Positions 47,145 through 57,489 are shown, counted from the first letter of the stretch. The stretch: DNA of 64,000 nt from Myxococcota bacterium (GCA_965223705.1 OZ245015.1:2656001-2720000), one strand, 5' to 3'. The notes: a model not told the origin generated them from the sequence alone. Made by a program: numbers and translations.

Positions 47145-49570
47145 CACGGCACAGGCTTCAATCGAAGCTCGTGACCGGTCACGGTATCGACGACCATGCC
47201 GTGCGCGGTGAACAGGTGGTCTTCCCCGCGCAGCCAGCCGCGAATGCCGTCTTCTGCGTGGGGATGCCCCGGGAACTCGCTCTGGCCCGGAGCCAGCGCG
47301 CTGCGCGCATGGGACAAGTCGGCGGCGTCGACGCCAAAGCGGTGCCCGGCGACGGTGCGCACGTCGTAGGGGCCGAGAGCGGCGTAGTCCGCCACCTGAA
47401 CGCTTCCCGAGGACCCGCCGTAGGCGAACGGCCCGGGACCGCCGCGGTACGCCGCGAGCGGCCACAACGTGCGGAAGCGAAGGCCGTGGAGCTTCCCCCA
47501 CTGCCACTTGTCGCGGTTGCGGCCGAGCTCGACGGACAGGGACACCCACGCGTCGCGAAGCGCTTCTGCGACGGCTTCGTCGAAGTGGGCCCGTCCGATC
47601 CACGCGACCGACTTGGGGTCCCGATCGAGGGTGTCGGCGAGGCGGGTCAGGAACGCGCCGACACTCATGCGTCGCAACGAGACGTAGCGTCGGAGGAGAT
47701 CGTCTCCGAGGGTTTTACCGAGCAAGCGCTCGAGAAGGTGCCGTTGAAACACATGGAAGAGCGCGGCGCCGGGACTCTCGGGACCACTCCGCCCCTCCCA
47801 GGCGCGGAGGACACGGAGACATTCGCGTGCCTCGGGCGGCAGATCGTCGCGATCGCGAACCTCGGCCACGGCCTTCTCGATCAACGCGACGCCGGTTCGC
47901 GTCACGACGTCGCTCTGAAGCCCCAACAACGAGTCGAGTGCCGGCGCTCCGCGCTCGAGCTCGCCGCCGAGCAGCTCCCGAAGGCGGCGTTCCCGTTCGC
48001 CCGGGGCCCACAACCACTCGACGAGTCCACCGGTCGCGCCCGCGCCGTCCGCGGCGACGACAGTGGGAGCGGCGCGCCCTGGGTAGGCGGCCCGCAATTG
48101 TGGGGAGGTGAGAACCCCGGCCCAGTCGTAGCTTCGATCGCGCCCCGGGAACGGCAGGAGCTCCGAGAACTGAGGCCGGGTCGGTACGGCGCCGAAGAGC
48201 TCGCTCCCCGCCTCCCCGCCGGTCGCGACGTAGCTCACCCGCACCACCGGATGGCGGTGAGCGCCCAGTGCCTCGCGCAATGCGTCCGCATCGGCCGCGC
48301 GCGCCGCCCCGAAGAACCCCTCGAGGCCGTGCCCGTCCCGGATTCCCAGCCAGGACAGCGCCAGAGGCGGCATGGATCCCTCGACGAAATCCGAGATCAG
48401 CGGTCCGTGGCGCGTCTCGCGCACGCGCTGAGACACCGGCTCGGCGTCCCGCACGGCGATGCTCTCCTCCCGGACCGCGAGGGAACGCCACCGGCGACCG
48501 TCGTGATACCGGTCCTTTGCATCCTGCAGGGTCTCGACGTAGACGTCCGAGACCACCGCTCCCGGGTAGGTCGACGCCCAGGCGACGCCTTCGGTAAAGC
48601 CGGTCCAAAACACGGGAATGCCGGGCAAGGTCGCCCCGGCGACGCGAAACCCCGGCGCTTCGAGGTGTGCTCGGTACCACGCGGCGGGTTGGGTGGCTTC
48701 GGTGTGGGAGTCCGCGATGAGGAGCGGGGCGCCGCTCGCGCTGCGTTCGCCGGAGAGAACCACCGCGCTACTCCCGATGCTGGCTCCCGCCATCCCCAGG
48801 GCCCGGCGCAACTGGGCGAAACCGCGGGCCGGTCGCAGCCCGGGGACCTGCGCCCTTCGCGCCTCGCCCGACGTCGCGCCGTGCGGAAAAAAGACGCGCG
48901 ACTCGAGGCCGCCGAACCGTTCGAGAAGTGCCCCCAAGACCAGCGTTTCTTCAAGCGTTCCTTCGAGCGACCAAGCGTAGAGGCCTAGAACAGCGATAGA
49001 ATCTTCAGGACCCCAAACGGGCACGTCCGCTCGCGGCCAGTTTGCGGGTCGCGCCGTCTCGCCTTCGCGAAATGCGGCCCAAACGGCGTTGATCCCGGCG
49101 CTGTACGCCTCGAGTAGCCGGCGGACACGGTCGCTCGAGTCCGCCCATCGGGCTTCGGCGCGCACCGCGAGTCCGAGCCCCCGGGCGATGCGATCCCCGG
49201 GAAGGGCCTCGGCCCCGATCCAGCTGGCGAGCTCGCCCCGCGCCGCGCTCCGCCACCACAGCAGCTGGATGGGCCGGTCCTGGGCGTGGGCAAAGCCCAG
49301 GGCGAAGTAGGCGTCGCGCTCGCTAGCAGCGCTGGCGTGCGGGATCCCCCAGCGGTCCCGGAGGATGCGGAGTGGTTCATCGAGGCCGGGAACGGACAAC
49401 TCGCCGGAGAGCTTGGGGTAGGCGGCCCGTTCGGCGCGCGCCGCCCACCACTGCCAGAGCGGCGGTCCGACCAAGGCGAGCGCGATCAGGAGGGCCACGA
49501 AACGCGTGGTCGATACGCCGCTGCGTCGGTCCGGGGATCGCCCACCCCCTCCTTCTCGCTCGAGGGCCAT
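47144..49570 (-). CDS. Penicillin acylase family (Ntn hydrolase) protein with N-terminal membrane anchor
   Basis: RDRWGIPH, GFAHAQDR, GSSAVV, TRHGP, WGKLH, PGQS; start uncertain. Confidence 0.85.
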   Translation of the reverse strand: MALEREGGGGRSPDRRSGVSTTRFVALLIALALVGPPLWQWWAARAERAAYPKLSGELSVPGLDEPLRILRDRWGIPHASAASERDAYFALGFAHAQDRPIQLLWWRSAARGELASWIGAEALPGDRIARGLGLAVRAEARWADSSDRVRRLLEAYSAGINAVWAAFREGETARPANWPRADVPVWGPEDSIAVLGLYAWSLEGTLEETLVLGALLERFGGLESRVFFPHGATSGEARRAQVPGLRPARGFAQLRRALGMAGASIGSSAVVLSGERSASGAPLLIADSHTEATQPAAWYRAHLEAPGFRVAGATLPGIPVFWTGFTEGVAWASTYPGAVVSDVYVETLQDAKDRYHDGRRWRSLAVREESIAVRDAEPVSQRVRETRHGPLISDFVEGSMPPLALSWLGIRDGHGLEGFFGAARAADADALREALGAHRHPVVRVSYVATGGEAGSELFGAVPTRPQFSELLPFPGRDRSYDWAGVLTSPQLRAAYPGRAAPTVVAADGAGATGGLVEWLWAPGERERRLRELLGGELERGAPALDSLLGLQSDVVTRTGVALIEKAVAEVRDRDDLPPEARECLRVLRAWEGRSGPESPGAALFHVFQRHLLERLLGKTLGDDLLRRYVSLRRMSVGAFLTRLADTLDRDPKSVAWIGRAHFDEAVAEALRDAWVSLSVELGRNRDKWQWGKLHGLRFRTLWPLAAYRGGPGPFAYGGSSGSVQVADYAALGPYDVRTVAGHRFGVDAADLSHARSALAPGQSEFPGHPHAEDGIRGWLRGEDHLFTAHGMVVDTVTGHELRLKPVP

Positions 49571-49685
49571 GGGCGAGGACAATAACCACCCGTATAATAC
49601 GGCGCTCTCGCCGCCAATTCGTCGCGGCGCAACTTTCCCCCGATGATCTCGAAGCGATCCGGCTGGGGTTCGTAAGGAGTACGCG

Positions 49686-50681
49686 ATGGCGGTGCGTGTG
49701 GGTATCAACGGTTTCGGTCGGATCGGCCGGTTGGCATTTCGCGCGATGCGCGACCTCGACGTCGAAGTTGTGGGAATCAACGACCTGGTCGATTCCGCAA
49801 CCCTCGCTCACCTGCTGAAGTACGACTCGGTGCATGGCCGTTTTCCCGAAGAAGTCCACGCCGATGGGGACGCTATCGTCGTCGGTGGCTCGCGGATTCC
49901 GATCTCTGCCGAGCGGGATCCGGCGGCGCTCCCGTGGAAAAAGCTCGGAGCGGAAATCGCCGTCGAGTCGACGGGCCTTTTCACCAAGCGCGAAGACGCG
50001 GCGAAGCACCTCGACGCCGGGGCGGACCGCGTCATCATCAGCGCGCCCGCGACGAACCCGGACGTGACGCTCGTCCTCGGCGTGAACGACGATGCCTACG
50101 ACCCCGCGGAGCATCGCGTGATTTCGAACGCGTCGTGCACGACGAATTGTCTCGCCCCGGTGGCGAAGGTGCTGCAGGAATCCTTCGGCGTGAAGCGCGG
50201 TCTGATGGTGACCATCCACGCGTACACGTCCGATCAAAAGATCGTCGACTCTCCCCACAAAGACCTGCGCCGCGCGCGCGCCGGCGCTGTATCGATGATC
50301 CCCACCAGTACCGGTGCGGCCCGGGCGATCAGCCTCGTCATGCCCGAGCTCGAGGGCAAGCTCGACGGCTACGCCATGCGCGTGCCGACGGCGGACGTCT
50401 CCGTCGTCGATTTGAGTGTCGAACTCACGCGTGAAACCGACGCCGAAGCGATCAACCAAGCCGTCGCGCGCGCAGCGGCCGGACCGATGAAGGGTGTGCT
50501 CGAATACTGCGACGAGCCTCTCGTCTCCGCGGATTTCATCGGCAATCCACACTCGTCGATCTTCGACGCGCTGAGCACCAAAGTCATGGACCAGAACTTC
50601 GCGAAGGTCCTGTCGTGGTACGACAACGAGATGGGCTACGCCACGCGCGTCGCCGAACTCGCGGGACGTTTGGGAAGCTAG
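49686..50681 (+). CDS. gap: Glyceraldehyde-3-phosphate dehydrogenase
   Basis: GINGFGRIGR, ASCTTNCL, WYDNE. Confidence 0.98.
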   Translation: MAVRVGINGFGRIGRLAFRAMRDLDVEVVGINDLVDSATLAHLLKYDSVHGRFPEEVHADGDAIVVGGSRIPISAERDPAALPWKKLGAEIAVESTGLFTKREDAAKHLDAGADRVIISAPATNPDVTLVLGVNDDAYDPAEHRVISNASCTTNCLAPVAKVLQESFGVKRGLMVTIHAYTSDQKIVDSPHKDLRRARAGAVSMIPTSTGAARAISLVMPELEGKLDGYAMRVPTADVSVVDLSVELTRETDAEAINQAVARAAAGPMKGVLEYCDEPLVSADFIGNPHSSIFDALSTKVMDQNFAKVLSWYDNEMGYATRVAELAGRLGS

Positions 50682-50684
50682 TCC

Positions 50685-51890
50685 GTGTCCGTCCCGACCC
50701 TGGACGAAGTCCTGGCCGCCCCTCCCGGCGTGCGCGGGGCTCGGGTCTTGGTGCGTGCCGACTTGAATGTCCCGCTCGAGGCCGGGCGCGTGTCGGACGA
50801 CACGCGATTGAAGGCGGCGCTGCCGACCCTCCGCAAACTCCTGTCCGCCGGCGCTCGCGTCGTCCTCTGCTCGCACCTGGGTCGTCCGAAGGGTCGCGTC
50901 GTACCCGAGCTGTCGCTCGAGCCGGTGTCGGCGGCCCTCGCGGCGTTGCTCCAGCGGAACGTCGCCTTCTGTCCTGAGAGCAGCGGGCCCACGGCCGAGT
51001 CGGCGGTCGCTTCTCTGGCAGACGGGGAGCTCCTCCTCCTCGAGAACCTGCGGTTCGATCCCGGTGAAGAAGCGAACGATCCCGCATTCGCAGACGCACT
51101 CGCCGCCCTCGCCGACGTCTACATCAACGACGCGTTCGGGACCGCGCATCGCGCTCACGCCTCGACCGCCGGCGTGGCGGTCCGAGTCGCGCGCCGCGGC
51201 GCTGGCGACTGCCTCCGCGGCGAGCTCGCCCACCTGGAAGCGGTGCGAAGCCCGACCCGGCCGCTCCTCTGCCTGCTGGGCGGCGCGAAGGTATCCGACA
51301 AGTTGGCCGTCCTCGAAGCCCTGGCGCCCCATGCCGATGTGCTCGCCGTAGGGGGTGCCATGGCGTACACCTTTCTCCGCGCGCAGGGTCTTCCCACCGG
51401 TGATTCCCTGATCGAGACGGACCGAATCGAGGATGCGGCGCGGGTCCTCGAGGCGGCCGAGCGCAGTGGGAGGACACTGTTGCTCCCAACGGATCACGTG
51501 GTCGTCGAGCGTTTCGAAGCGGACGCGCCGTCGCGGGTTGTGTCGGAAATTCCGGAGGGGATGATCGCGGTGGACATCGGCCCGGAAACCGCCGAGCGCT
51601 ACTCCGCCGAGGCCCGAGCTGCCGCGACGCTCTTCTGGAACGGGCCAATGGGCGTCTTCGAGATGCCGGCATTCGCGAAAGGCACTTTCGCCGTGGCAAA
51701 GGCTGTCGCCGAAGCTCCGGGCCACACGGTTGTCGGCGGGGGAGATTCTCTGGCCGCAGTGAACCGAGCGGGCGTCGCCGAGGCCGTCGATCACTTGTCG
51801 ACCGGCGGCGGGGCGAGCTTGGAATTCGTGCAGGGACTGACACTTCCCGGTGTCGCGGCCCTCGAGGAGGATGCATGCGTCGACCGCTGA
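50685..51890 (+). CDS. pgk: Phosphoglycerate kinase
   Basis: RADLNVP, SHLGRP, DAFGTAHRAH, WNGPMG, STGGGASLE. Confidence 0.97.
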   Translation: MSVPTLDEVLAAPPGVRGARVLVRADLNVPLEAGRVSDDTRLKAALPTLRKLLSAGARVVLCSHLGRPKGRVVPELSLEPVSAALAALLQRNVAFCPESSGPTAESAVASLADGELLLLENLRFDPGEEANDPAFADALAALADVYINDAFGTAHRAHASTAGVAVRVARRGAGDCLRGELAHLEAVRSPTRPLLCLLGGAKVSDKLAVLEALAPHADVLAVGGAMAYTFLRAQGLPTGDSLIETDRIEDAARVLEAAERSGRTLLLPTDHVVVERFEADAPSRVVSEIPEGMIAVDIGPETAERYSAEARAAATLFWNGPMGVFEMPAFAKGTFAVAKAVAEAPGHTVVGGGDSLAAVNRAGVAEAVDHLSTGGGASLEFVQGLTLPGVAALEEDACVDR

Positions 51891-52630
51891 TGGCGGCCAA
51901 CTGGAAAATGCACAAGTCGGTGGCGGAGTCGCGGGCCTTCGCGCAGGACTTTGTCGGGCGTGTCGAGAACGCGAGCGCCGAGATCGCGATCGCGCCCCCG
52001 TTCACGGCCCTCGCTGCCCTGGGTGAGGCCCTCGCGGGCAGTGCCGTCGCCTTGACCGCGCAGAACACCCATGCGGAAGCGAGCGGAGCGTTCACCGGCG
52101 AGATCTCGCCGGACATGCTGGCCGAGCTCGGCTGTCGCTACGCGATCGTGGGTCACAGCGAGCGGCGAAGCTTGTTCGGCGAAACCGACGCGAGCGTGGC
52201 GGCGAAAGCGACGGCGCTACTCGCGCGGGGAATACGCCCCATCGTGTGTGTCGGCGAGACGCTCGACGTCCGCGATTCCGGTCGCGCCGCCGAAGTCGTC
52301 GCGGCGCAATTGGTGGCGAGCTTGGCGGGTCTTTCCGCGGGCCAGGCCGGCGACGTGGTGGTCGCTTACGAGCCCGTCTGGGCGATCGGAACCGGCAAGA
52401 CAGCAACTCCGGACATCGCCCAGGAGATGCACGCCGGGCTCCGCCAGGCCCTGCGCGGTCCTTTCTCGGCGGGCGCCGATGGGGTCCGGATCCTCTACGG
52501 CGGCTCGGTGAAGCCGGAGAACGCCGGCACGCTGATGGCGGCTGCGGACATCGATGGTGCGCTGGTCGGCGGCGCTAGCCTTGCGCCGGACAGCTTTGCT
52601 GCGATCGTGCATGCTGCTGACGGCGCCTAA
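51875..52630 (+). CDS. tpiA: Triosephosphate isomerase
   Basis: NWKM, GHSERR, AYEPVWAIGTG, YGGSV. Confidence 0.97.
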   Translation: MRRPLMAANWKMHKSVAESRAFAQDFVGRVENASAEIAIAPPFTALAALGEALAGSAVALTAQNTHAEASGAFTGEISPDMLAELGCRYAIVGHSERRSLFGETDASVAAKATALLARGIRPIVCVGETLDVRDSGRAAEVVAAQLVASLAGLSAGQAGDVVVAYEPVWAIGTGKTATPDIAQEMHAGLRQALRGPFSAGADGVRILYGGSVKPENAGTLMAAADIDGALVGGASLAPDSFAAIVHAADGA

Positions 52631-52678
52631 ACCCGTCGGCAAGGCTGCGTTGGGAAAGTTCGCAGCGGGGAGAATCGC

Positions 52679-53155
52679 TTGGCTCTGTTCTTGACCGTCC
52701 TTCATGTGGTCGTCTGCATCGTGATCATCGTCGTCGTCCTCCTGCAGCGCGGCAAAGGCGCCGAGGTCGGTGCCGTGTTCGGCGGTGGCGGCAGTGCCAC
52801 CGTCTTCGGGAGTCGCGGAGCGGGGAACTTCCTCACGAAGATCACGACGGGGTCGGCGATCGTCTTCATGTTGACGAGCTTGTCCCTCGCGTATTTCGCC
52901 CGGGAAGATGCGCGCAGCACACTGTTCGAAGACGAAGGCGTGACCACCGAAGAAACGTCGCCCTTCCAAGAAGTGGCCCCGGGTGCCGAGGCGGATCCCG
53001 AAGCCGCCCAAGACGTCTTCGAAGAAATCCCTCAGGCGGTCGAGGACGCGTTCGAGGAAGTGCCCCAAGCGGTGGATGACGCCCTGCAGGAAATCGCCCC
53101 GACCGAAGACGGTGTCGCACCCGATGCGCCAGTACCGGATGAGGGGGCTCCGTAA
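52679..53155 (+). CDS. secG: Preprotein translocase subunit SecG with long acidic tail
   Basis: VLLQRGKGA, FGSRGAGNFLTKIT; canonical tpiA-secG-tRNA-Leu context. Confidence 0.93.
   Translation: MALFLTVLHVVVCIVIIVVVLLQRGKGAEVGAVFGGGGSATVFGSRGAGNFLTKITTGSAIVFMLTSLSLAYFAREDARSTLFEDEGVTTEETSPFQEVAPGAEADPEAAQDVFEEIPQAVEDAFEEVPQAVDDALQEIAPTEDGVAPDAPVPDEGAP
53012..53101 (+). repeat. Imperfect 33-bp (11-aa) tandem repeat in the SecG tail
   Basis: DVFEEIPQAVE / DAFEEVPQAVD / DALQEIAP. Confidence 0.8.
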
Positions 53156-53199
53156 CCACGCTGGCCGGCCGTCGTAAGGCGGCTACATTGATCGCCGTT

Positions 53200-53287
53200 G
53201 CGGCAGTGGCGGAACTGGTAGACGCACCAGCTTGAGGGGCTGGCGGGCGCATAGCCCGTGGAGGTTCGAATCCTCTCTGCCGCACCA
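53200..53287 (+). tRNA. tRNA-Leu (anticodon GAG)
   Basis: GCGGCAG/CTGCCGC acceptor stem, CCAGC-TTGAGGG-GCTGG anticodon arm, long variable arm, GGTTCGAAT, CCA. Confidence 0.97.
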
Positions 53288-53356
53288 CCTTCTCCCGTCA
53301 CACCGCCGAAACCCCGAGACGCTCGCTCGGCTATCCTCGAATCGAGGAGGCCTACG

Positions 53357-54613
53357 ATGGAGCGCGTCGCGATCACCGGCATGGGGATCATTTCATCTCT
53401 CGGATCGAGCACGGCCGAGTTCTACCGCCGCGTCATGGCGGGTGAAATCGGTGTCCGCCCCGCGCCGTGGGCCTCCGAATTCGAAGGCCGCAGGATGTGG
53501 TGGTCCGCCGCTCTCGACTTCGACCCCACGGATTGGCTCGATCCGAAGATCATCGCGGGCACCGACATCACCGCGCAGTTCGCGCTGGCCGCGACGCGAC
53601 AGGCGGTCGAAGACGCGGGGATCGATTTCGACAGCGAACGGACCGCCGTCGTACACGGCACGAGCATCGGAGGTGGCCGCGCGATGATGCTTGCCCAGCA
53701 TCAGCTCGAACAGGGCGGCCCGCTCGCAATCGACCCCAAGATGCCGATTCAGATCATGCCGAACATGGCCGCGGCGCAAACGGCGATCGCTTACGACCTG
53801 CACGGGCCGAACATGACCGTGACGACGGCGTGTGCTTCCTCGGCGGACGCGGTCGGCCTGGCCGCGCGCTATATCGAGCGCGGGGAAGCGGACATGGCGA
53901 TCGCCGGAGCGACTGAAGGAGCGCTCAGCCTGCCGGGCGGACGCGCCGACGAGGCGTTCGTACCGGCCCTCTTCTACGGCTACAACGTCTACGGCATGGA
54001 ATCGTTCTCGAGCGATCCCAAGCGCGCGATGATTCCCTTCGACGTCGAGCGCGGCGGCATCGTGATGGGCGAAGGCTCCGGCGTGTTCGTGCTCGAGCGC
54101 GAATCCCGCGCGCGAGACCGCGGCGCCGACATCTATGGATTTCTCGCCGGTTACGCATCGCTCGCCGACGCGAGCCATCCGTCGTCGCCGGAACCGTCGG
54201 GGCGCTGGGAGTCCCGGGTCATGGAGAAAGCCTTGGCCGACGCCGAAATACACCCCCACGAAGTGGACGCCCTGGTCGCCCATGCCACGGGAACGCCGAA
54301 AGGCGACACGGCGGAAATTCAGGCCATCAACCGTGTTCACGCCGTCGGTCGGGAGAAGCCGCTCCCGGTGTCCTCGATCAAAGGCCACGTCGGCCACTCG
54401 GGCGCCGCATCGGGCGCGATGGCGGTGATCGCGGCTCTCAAGGGAATGCGCGACAATCGCTTCTTCCACACGGCGGGCACAGAGAAGGTCGACCCCGAAT
54501 GCAAGTTCGACGTGGTCATTGAAAAACCGCGGGACCTCGCCGTTCACACACTGCAAGTCAACTCGTTCGGGTTCGGCGGGCAGAACGCATCGCTCATCCT
54601 TACGCGAAACTGA
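53357..54613 (+). CDS. Beta-ketoacyl-ACP synthase II-like (FabF family)
   Basis: TACASS, MGEG, HATGT, KGHVGH, NSFGFGGQN. Confidence 0.9.
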   Translation: MERVAITGMGIISSLGSSTAEFYRRVMAGEIGVRPAPWASEFEGRRMWWSAALDFDPTDWLDPKIIAGTDITAQFALAATRQAVEDAGIDFDSERTAVVHGTSIGGGRAMMLAQHQLEQGGPLAIDPKMPIQIMPNMAAAQTAIAYDLHGPNMTVTTACASSADAVGLAARYIERGEADMAIAGATEGALSLPGGRADEAFVPALFYGYNVYGMESFSSDPKRAMIPFDVERGGIVMGEGSGVFVLERESRARDRGADIYGFLAGYASLADASHPSSPEPSGRWESRVMEKALADAEIHPHEVDALVAHATGTPKGDTAEIQAINRVHAVGREKPLPVSSIKGHVGHSGAASGAMAVIAALKGMRDNRFFHTAGTEKVDPECKFDVVIEKPRDLAVHTLQVNSFGFGGQNASLILTRN

Positions 54614-54630
54614 GCGACAGAAAGAGACAC

Positions 54631-55581
54631 ATGAGTTCGCGAGAACGATTGCCGGGTACGCCCAAGCCGATGCAGACTTTCGAAGGTGCCGATGGCATCG
54701 AGATTGCCGGAGACGTGTGGGGCCCTCCCGAGGGTCCCTTGGTGCTCCTACAGCACGGGGGCGGCCAGACGCGCCACGCCTGGAAAGGGGCCGGTGAAGC
54801 GCTCGGTAGCGCCGGCTACCGAGCCGTCGCGTTCGACGCTCGCGGCCACGGCGATTCGGGCTGGGACCCTGCGGGCGAATACGGCCAGGACGCGATGGTC
54901 GCGGATCTCGTGCAAGTGATCGCCGCCCACGACGATGCCCGCCCTGTTCTCGTCGGCGCGTCGATGGGCGGAGCCACGAGTCTGGTCGCGATCGGCGAAG
55001 ATCGGGTCGACGCGACCGCCCTGGTGTTGGTGGACATCGCGCCGCAGATCGAAAAGGACGGCGCGAAGCGCATCCTCCAGTTCATGGAACAAAAGCGCGA
55101 AGGCTTCGACAACCTCGAGGAAGTCGCGGACGCGATCGCGAGTTACCAGCCCCATCGGAAGCGGCCGCGCACGCTCGACGGCCTCGCCAAGAACCTCCGC
55201 CTCGGCGAGAACGGGAAGTACCACTGGCACTGGGATCCGAAGTTTCTCGATCGACCCCGCGACATGAGGAAGCGAACCGAACGCCTGCAGGCGTGCGCGA
55301 AGAACCTGTCCCTGCCGACTCAGCTCGTTCGCGGAGGCCTGTCCGATGTCTTGAGCGAAGAAGGCGCCAAGGACTTTCTCACCCTCTGCCCCCATGCCGA
55401 GTATGTCAACGTGACCGACGCTGCCCACATGGTGGCCGGCGACCGAAACGACATTTTCTCAAAGGCGGTCATCGAGTTCCTGGCGCGCAACGTCCCCATC
55501 GACGGCGATCCCGTGCAGAAACCGCACAAGAAAGACCCCCACCACGAGGGCCCGCCCGGCGACCTGAACGACATTCCCTGA
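54631..55581 (+). CDS. Alpha/beta hydrolase (BpoA-like)
   Basis: HGGGQT, DARGHG, GASMGG, HMVAGD. Confidence 0.88.
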   Translation: MSSRERLPGTPKPMQTFEGADGIEIAGDVWGPPEGPLVLLQHGGGQTRHAWKGAGEALGSAGYRAVAFDARGHGDSGWDPAGEYGQDAMVADLVQVIAAHDDARPVLVGASMGGATSLVAIGEDRVDATALVLVDIAPQIEKDGAKRILQFMEQKREGFDNLEEVADAIASYQPHRKRPRTLDGLAKNLRLGENGKYHWHWDPKFLDRPRDMRKRTERLQACAKNLSLPTQLVRGGLSDVLSEEGAKDFLTLCPHAEYVNVTDAAHMVAGDRNDIFSKAVIEFLARNVPIDGDPVQKPHKKDPHHEGPPGDLNDIP

Positions 55582-55619
55582 GAAGTCGCACCCGGTTCAT
55601 CCGCGGCTGTGCAGACTCC

Positions 55620-56117
55620 CTAGCTCTTCTCGGCGAGGTCTCGGTAGGCGCCCTGGTAGTAGACGAGCGGCTCTTGCTCACTCTGCTCGACCGCTTCGAC
55701 CTGCCCCACATAGACGATGTGGTCGCCGGCGTCGTGGGCTCCGAACACCGTGCAATCGAGCACGGCCGCACAACCGGGCAGGATCGGGGCACCGGTCACC
55801 AGGGTCTTCCAGTCGATCCCCTCGAAGCGGCGATGCTCGTCTTTCTTGGAAGCGAACTTGTTCGAGAGCGCTTGTTGGGCGTCCGACAGAATGTGCGCGG
55901 CATAGAAACCGCTCTTCTCGATGAGCTCGTGTGTGATCGACGCCTTGTCCGCGCAGACCAACACGAGAGGAGGGTCGAGGGAAACACTCGAAAAGGCGGA
56001 TACGGTCATCCCGTGCACTCGAGACTCCTCGGCGGAAGTCACGATGGTTACGCCACTCGCCCAGCGCCCGAGCACGGAACGAAACTGATCACCGTCAATC
56101 ATCGAAGGCCCCTTCAC
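55620..56117 (-). CDS. Flavin reductase-like protein (DIM6/NTAB)
   Basis: SGVTIVT, SVSLDPPLV, GDH, PLVYYQGAY. Confidence 0.92.
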   Translation of the reverse strand: MKGPSMIDGDQFRSVLGRWASGVTIVTSAEESRVHGMTVSAFSSVSLDPPLVLVCADKASITHELIEKSGFYAAHILSDAQQALSNKFASKKDEHRRFEGIDWKTLVTGAPILPGCAAVLDCTVFGAHDAGDHIVYVGQVEAVEQSEQEPLVYYQGAYRDLAEKS

Positions 56118-56160
56118 GAAAGCGCCGGCAGTGTAGTGCGCGGGCCGAACCTAGCCAAAC

Positions 56161-57489
56161 CTACGCTCTGGCTTCGCGCACCTCGGGACCGAGGAAACGC
56201 GGCATGTGCGGACCGAGGATGTCGACGGGTCGCTGTTCGGGGGCCAGCTCTGCACCCAGCGTCAGGAGCAAGCTGAATGAGCGGAACCACATCACTACGC
56301 CCTCGGGCAAATGAAACGTGCGAAGCTGCTTCAGTTCCCGCCGCACCCGATGCAAGTAGTCGCCAAAGTCGAGTCCGGCGAACTCCTTCGGTGTCAGGTT
56401 GTAGTACGCGGGATCGAACATCACGGCGGCCAAGCGTTCCACCGCGTGGCTATCGTCGGGGCCGACGATTCCCGCTTCGCGGAGCGATTCCGCGTAGAGC
56501 TTCGCGTCTCGTCGCAGCGTGGCCCACACGTTGCGACGCAGGCCGTCGCGCACGCTCGGCGTCAAACGCTTGTGCATACCGAAATCGATCACGACGATGC
56601 GACCTTCGGTGTCCATCAGAAAATTTCCCGGATGCGGGTCGCAATGAAAAAAACCGCGATCGAACATCATGAAGAGAAACGCGCGAACGATCCAGAACAC
56701 GATAGGGACGCCTGCCGCCTTGGTTTTCTGAGCGTCGATGTGGGCGCGCAAGGTCGACCCTTCGATGTATTCCATCGTGAGAACCCGCCGCGTCACACGC
56801 GGCCAATAGATTCGCGGAACGCGAATCCGCCCCGACAGCTCGCTGTCCGCGGCGAGATCCGCGGCGATCTCCTCGGCCGCGCGCGCCTCCTGCTCGTAGT
56901 CCATTTCACGCAGCAGAGAGTCTCGAATTTCGCGGTACACCAGCCGCAGATCCGCCACGGTGATGAAGTTGAAGAGCCACAGCCCGACTTTCGCCACGGC
57001 GAGATCGAGACGCACGGTGCGCTCGATGCCCGGATAGAGAACTTTCACCGCGACGTCGTCCCCTTCGGTGAGCCGAGCGCGATGCACCTGCCCGAGGCTC
57101 GCCGCCGCGAGGGGCGAGGGTTGAAACGACTCGAACAACGACGCGAGCGGTTGCCCGAATTCGCGCTCGATCTGCTTCTCGATTTCGCGAACGTCTCGCG
57201 GCTCGACGCGGTCTTGCAGTTGCGACAAGGCTTCGCTCACCGATTCGGGAAAGACGTCGACGCGAAGACTCGCGACCTGGCCCAGTTTGATGAGCGCACC
57301 TTTCTCGCGACTCGCCACGGATACGTAGTGGAGAGCGAATCGCGTAGCGTCCGCTGCGAACGCCTCCGCGGCCTGCTCTTTCGCCCCCCGCCGCTCCCGA
57401 AGGAGTTTCCGCCCGTAGAGGCCGACGGCCCGAGCGAGCAGGCCGGCGAGAAGGATGACCCGCCGGGCCAGCCGAGCGGCGCCCGACAT
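56161..57489 (-). CDS. ABC1/UbiB/AarF family atypical kinase
   Basis: IKLGQ, AASLGQVH, VAVKV, HCDPHPGN, DFG. Confidence 0.92.
   Translation of the reverse strand: MSGAARLARRVILLAGLLARAVGLYGRKLLRERRGAKEQAAEAFAADATRFALHYVSVASREKGALIKLGQVASLRVDVFPESVSEALSQLQDRVEPRDVREIEKQIEREFGQPLASLFESFQPSPLAAASLGQVHRARLTEGDDVAVKVLYPGIERTVRLDLAVAKVGLWLFNFITVADLRLVYREIRDSLLREMDYEQEARAAEEIAADLAADSELSGRIRVPRIYWPRVTRRVLTMEYIEGSTLRAHIDAQKTKAAGVPIVFWIVRAFLFMMFDRGFFHCDPHPGNFLMDTEGRIVVIDFGMHKRLTPSVRDGLRRNVWATLRRDAKLYAESLREAGIVGPDDSHAVERLAAVMFDPAYYNLTPKEFAGLDFGDYLHRVRRELKQLRTFHLPEGVVMWFRSFSLLLTLGAELAPEQRPVDILGPHMPRFLGPEVREARA

Noticed and set aside
49377..51794. 805-aa antisense ORF
   Set aside because: Antisense shadow of gap/pgk; no motifs.
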